Shown: piece after piece, positions 61,162 to 64,000 of the stretch | How the letters are laid out: each line of letters opens with the position of its first letter | Position numbering within the stretch: position 1 is the first letter of the stretch | Origin: Chiloscyllium plagiosum | Taxonomy: Eukaryota | Length of the DNA: 64,000 nt | Assembly: GCF_004010195.1 (NCBI RefSeq) | Contig: NC_057728.1 | Location: 42,575,484 to 42,639,483 of the forward strand | Direction: 5' to 3' | The notes under the pieces: model-generated | The model's database searches: none | What the model was told of the DNA's origin: nothing | Seen by the model: only the letters and a program-made list of their open reading frames with translations | Made by a program: the position numbers and the translations under genes

Positions 61162-61374
61162 CTTGCACAGATAATGAAGGCCAACCACGGGCAGCGGATG
61201 AGACCTGGAATGGATCACATAAAGGATGCTGTATGTACAAGTGCTTGGGGAATGGAACTATTGTTGCAGTGGAACCTGAATGTGTTGAAGTACCATCACC
61301 AATGTGTGAAAGAGAAGGAGAGATAATTATTGATGTCATTGAGGAGGGAGCCTGTTGTCCAAAGAAAATTTGTG
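61162..61374 (+). CDS. OTOGL: OTOGL exon: ACTDNEGQPRAADETWNGSHKGCCMYKC...GACCPKKIC
   Basis: Acceptor tttcag|CT, donor TGTG|gtatgt, phase 1-1. Within ORF 61131..61385. Confidence 0.92.
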
Positions 61375-63768
61375 GTATGTGTTAATTATTACAATAAAAT
61401 TATTACAATAGTTCTGTTTAGAGCAATGGAAGTGTGAATTCTTTTGCATTTTCTTTTCAAAAAAGGCAAAAATGACCCAGACCTCTCAGACTCCAGTTAG
61501 CTGGAGACCAGGTGTACTCAGACAAATAGAGCTATGGGATCCCTAGGAGCTCCCGACACGCGGATGATGTGGCAATTACCCAGGAAATTAAAACTCCCAG
61601 TCAACAATTAGGCAGGATCTGCAGCCCAAAAAGTCTCCAACTCTTAGAGTCCAAGACCTAGGGTTGTAACTCACTTAACTGGATAGTTACCCAGGAAGGG
61701 TTAAAGCTCTGCCTCTTGTCTAGCGATAAAACTGAAGCCATTCACCAACTCACCATTTGACCCCCAATCATGGGCTTTGACATCTACTGAATGCCTAACT
61801 CCAGCCCCACCCTCAATAGATACTGACAGCCCCTTGACATTCATGTGTGCCCAACCCCCACAATCAAACATAATTACTGCATTCGGTAATGAAAAGTGAA
61901 GCAGCACTATTAGCTCCATTTATCTTCCCAAGGAGTAGCAATCACATTGCCAATCTGCACTTTTTTATTTAGAGGTCCAATTCAAATTCTTGTGAAACAT
62001 GGAGCATACCTGATCTGGGAACCATCCACTACAACAAAGGATCAACATTGGAGGCAAAGCCATGTTCCCTTCAATTAGTAACAATAGCCAAGCTCAGGGT
62101 TTAAAGGTCCTAAGGCACTTTGTCAAGGAGCGAAGGTAACTATGTAAGATAAGTGGGCGACAGGTAAGTAAATGAGGGAGGATGGTGTCGGGAAGGTCAA
62201 GGTGAAGGTGAGCTTTGGGAGGTGAGTGAGGGTATACAGGTGACAGGTCAATGGTTTAGAGGGTAGGGTAGATCAGGTATTTGGAGCACATCACGTCGGT
62301 GAGAGGGTGGTACTAGTCAGAGAAGAGGGGCTCAAATATTAGGGAGGAGGGGTTTGGCTATCGGTCAGTATCAAGATTTGGATGATGGTCAGGTATGTGG
62401 AATTGCGGGTGTCACTGGCATAATTAGAGTTACAGCAGTGTTAAATGTCTACTTGTCCGGTAAGTAAGTGGGAGCCCTCCAAAGTCTTCGACTTAAACTC
62501 ACAGTGTAGAGTTTCTTGCGACTTCCAATTACTGAGTAATTGTCTATTGGAAGTTCAAATTTCCTACATGATTACCTCATATTCAAGACTTCAGAGAGGA
62601 CCTGGAGGGCATCTGTTGGGTATGCCTGGTCTCCAACGATCTGGCCCATACTTCATTCTTTTCTCTTTCTCAGTGTGTCTTTTTTTTTGGCTTTTTGACT
62701 TGGTCTATATTTTCTCATTTGCTCATATTTTGTATTCCAAAGTCATTTATTTCCTGGTTATCCTAGCTGCCTCAGAATGATCACTCTCCATTTGGTCTTG
62801 CTGTTTCTGTTCTCTAACTACTTTTGCCACATTCTATGTTGGCATAAACATTAAGTCAAACAACACTGATGAATTCTAAAAAGAAAAAAAATTAAAGACA
62901 TGCTTAAAATGATTAGAGACAAATTGTCATTTGCCAGAATGAAGTATTTTAGGAGAGTGATTGTGTATTGCATTGAATTTTATAAGTTTAGACGATGTGA
63001 AATTTCAATCAGACCATTGAATACAAAGTAATCCATAAAGATTGATATCAAGCTAAGGGGCATATCGGGACCTGATTCTAGTTAGGCGATTACTGTTTGA
63101 ACTGATTTCCTTATCAGTAGGGTTTCTGTTTCTTTGAAGGTAATCAAAACTTTATTTAAGGTACTTTCTCATTCAGTCTGCCTTTCAATTTTGCAGAGTT
63201 TCTATTGTGGGTCAGCTGATGGACTGGAACTTTAATTAAGATTCTTGAACTTGATTCTAATCTTGACTCTAATCTCCAGCATCTGCAGTACCCACTTCTG
63301 CCTGGAACTTTAATTAATTTGGCTCCTATTCCATGAGATAATGGGTGGGTGTGGGAAGGGGTACTAGCAAAAGTGATAATTTTGCTCGTAACTTTCTTCA
63401 GTCTGATATGGGTCTCAGACACTCTGGCCAGAGCTTCACTGAGTTCTGCTTTTTCATAGAATGGGTACTGCTGTTGTATTGCTCCAGGATTAGGCTCCTG
63501 TTACAAGTATTCTAATAATTCCATCCAGAGAATCCAATGCAGAATCAATACAGTGGAAAGTAATGCTGACTTCTGCATTTCTACTCCCTTCAAAAGATTT
63601 GCAAAATTTCTGTCATGCCTTGCCATAGACAAAAATTCAGGGCAAATGAATTAAATTAAAATATAACTTTGAACTTGCAGTATAGTAAAGTATACTATTC
63701 GTTAGCACACATAATGATTCTGGAAAAGACAGAAATAAAAACTATTGAACTGTGTGTATTTTCTGCAG

Positions 63769-63873
63769 AGTGCAATTTGACCATTTGTGGAACTGATGTT
63801 CTGACATGTGAAAATGGAGATAAATTGGTGATCGGCTACAGTGCCATTTCTTGTTGTCCTGAATACCGATGTG
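63769..63873 (+). CDS. OTOGL: OTOGL exon: ECNLTICGTDVLTCENGDKLVIGYSAISCCPEYRC
   Basis: Acceptor ctgcag|AG, donor TGTG|gtaagt, phase 1-1. Within ORF 63669..63941. Confidence 0.92.
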
Positions 63874-64000
63874 GTAAGTTTGCAGAAAATATCAGACTGA
63901 CAATTTTGGAGATGGGTGGGGGTAATTTCCACTTTCAGTGATGATGCAATGCTAATGGTTAAGGATCAGGATCTCATTAAATTTGACAAAATGAAAAATA

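Larger units (their letters stand above)
1385..63873 (+). other. OTOGL: Otogelin-like gene span (partial; 15 coding exons in window, 5' and 3' ends outside)
   Basis: 15 AG/GT-bounded exons join in frame with matching phases. Peptides such as VSLESAERPNYF, WIPGYSTFELYSRKGFFI, GLCFKKLN and KLVIGYSAISCCPEYRC resemble vertebrate OTOGL more than OTOG as I recall them. Confidence 0.85.

Noticed and set aside
1385..63873. Assignment to OTOG, VWF or a gel-forming mucin
   Set aside because: The AbfB-like domain argues against VWF and the MUC2/MUC5 type. Most diagnostic peptides fit OTOGL better than OTOG, although OTOG is not formally excluded without a phylogeny.

Overview
AT-rich vertebrate genomic DNA, most likely from a shark or other cartilaginous fish (inferred from the HE1/V-SINE, CR1, DeuSINE and Penelope repeat content). 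The whole window lies inside one plus-strand gene of the otogelin family, best matching otogelin-like (OTOGL). I can trace 15 GT-AG coding exons with mutually consistent splice phases between 1385 and 63873 (2937 nt, 979 codons). They encode an AbfB-like domain, a TIL-like Cys-rich module, a ~290-aa Thr/Ser-rich mucin-like exon, a VWD/C8/TIL assembly and following VWC-like Cys-rich modules. The start and stop codons lie outside the window. The introns are filled with decayed retroelements (CR1, L2, RTE, Penelope-like, SINEs, a solo LTR, a gypsy remnant) and DNA-transposon remnants (Harbinger-like, Tigger-like MITE). There are two N gaps. The most distinctive non-genic signal is a dense set of Penelope-derived elements carrying minimal hammerhead-ribozyme cores. 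Several are fold-back inverted repeats with 13-19 bp target-site duplications, and one has a CR1 LINE inserted into its ribozyme core. I found no convincing wholly new system; the findings are unusual variants of known families. All family assignments come from motif recognition from memory, with no database search.
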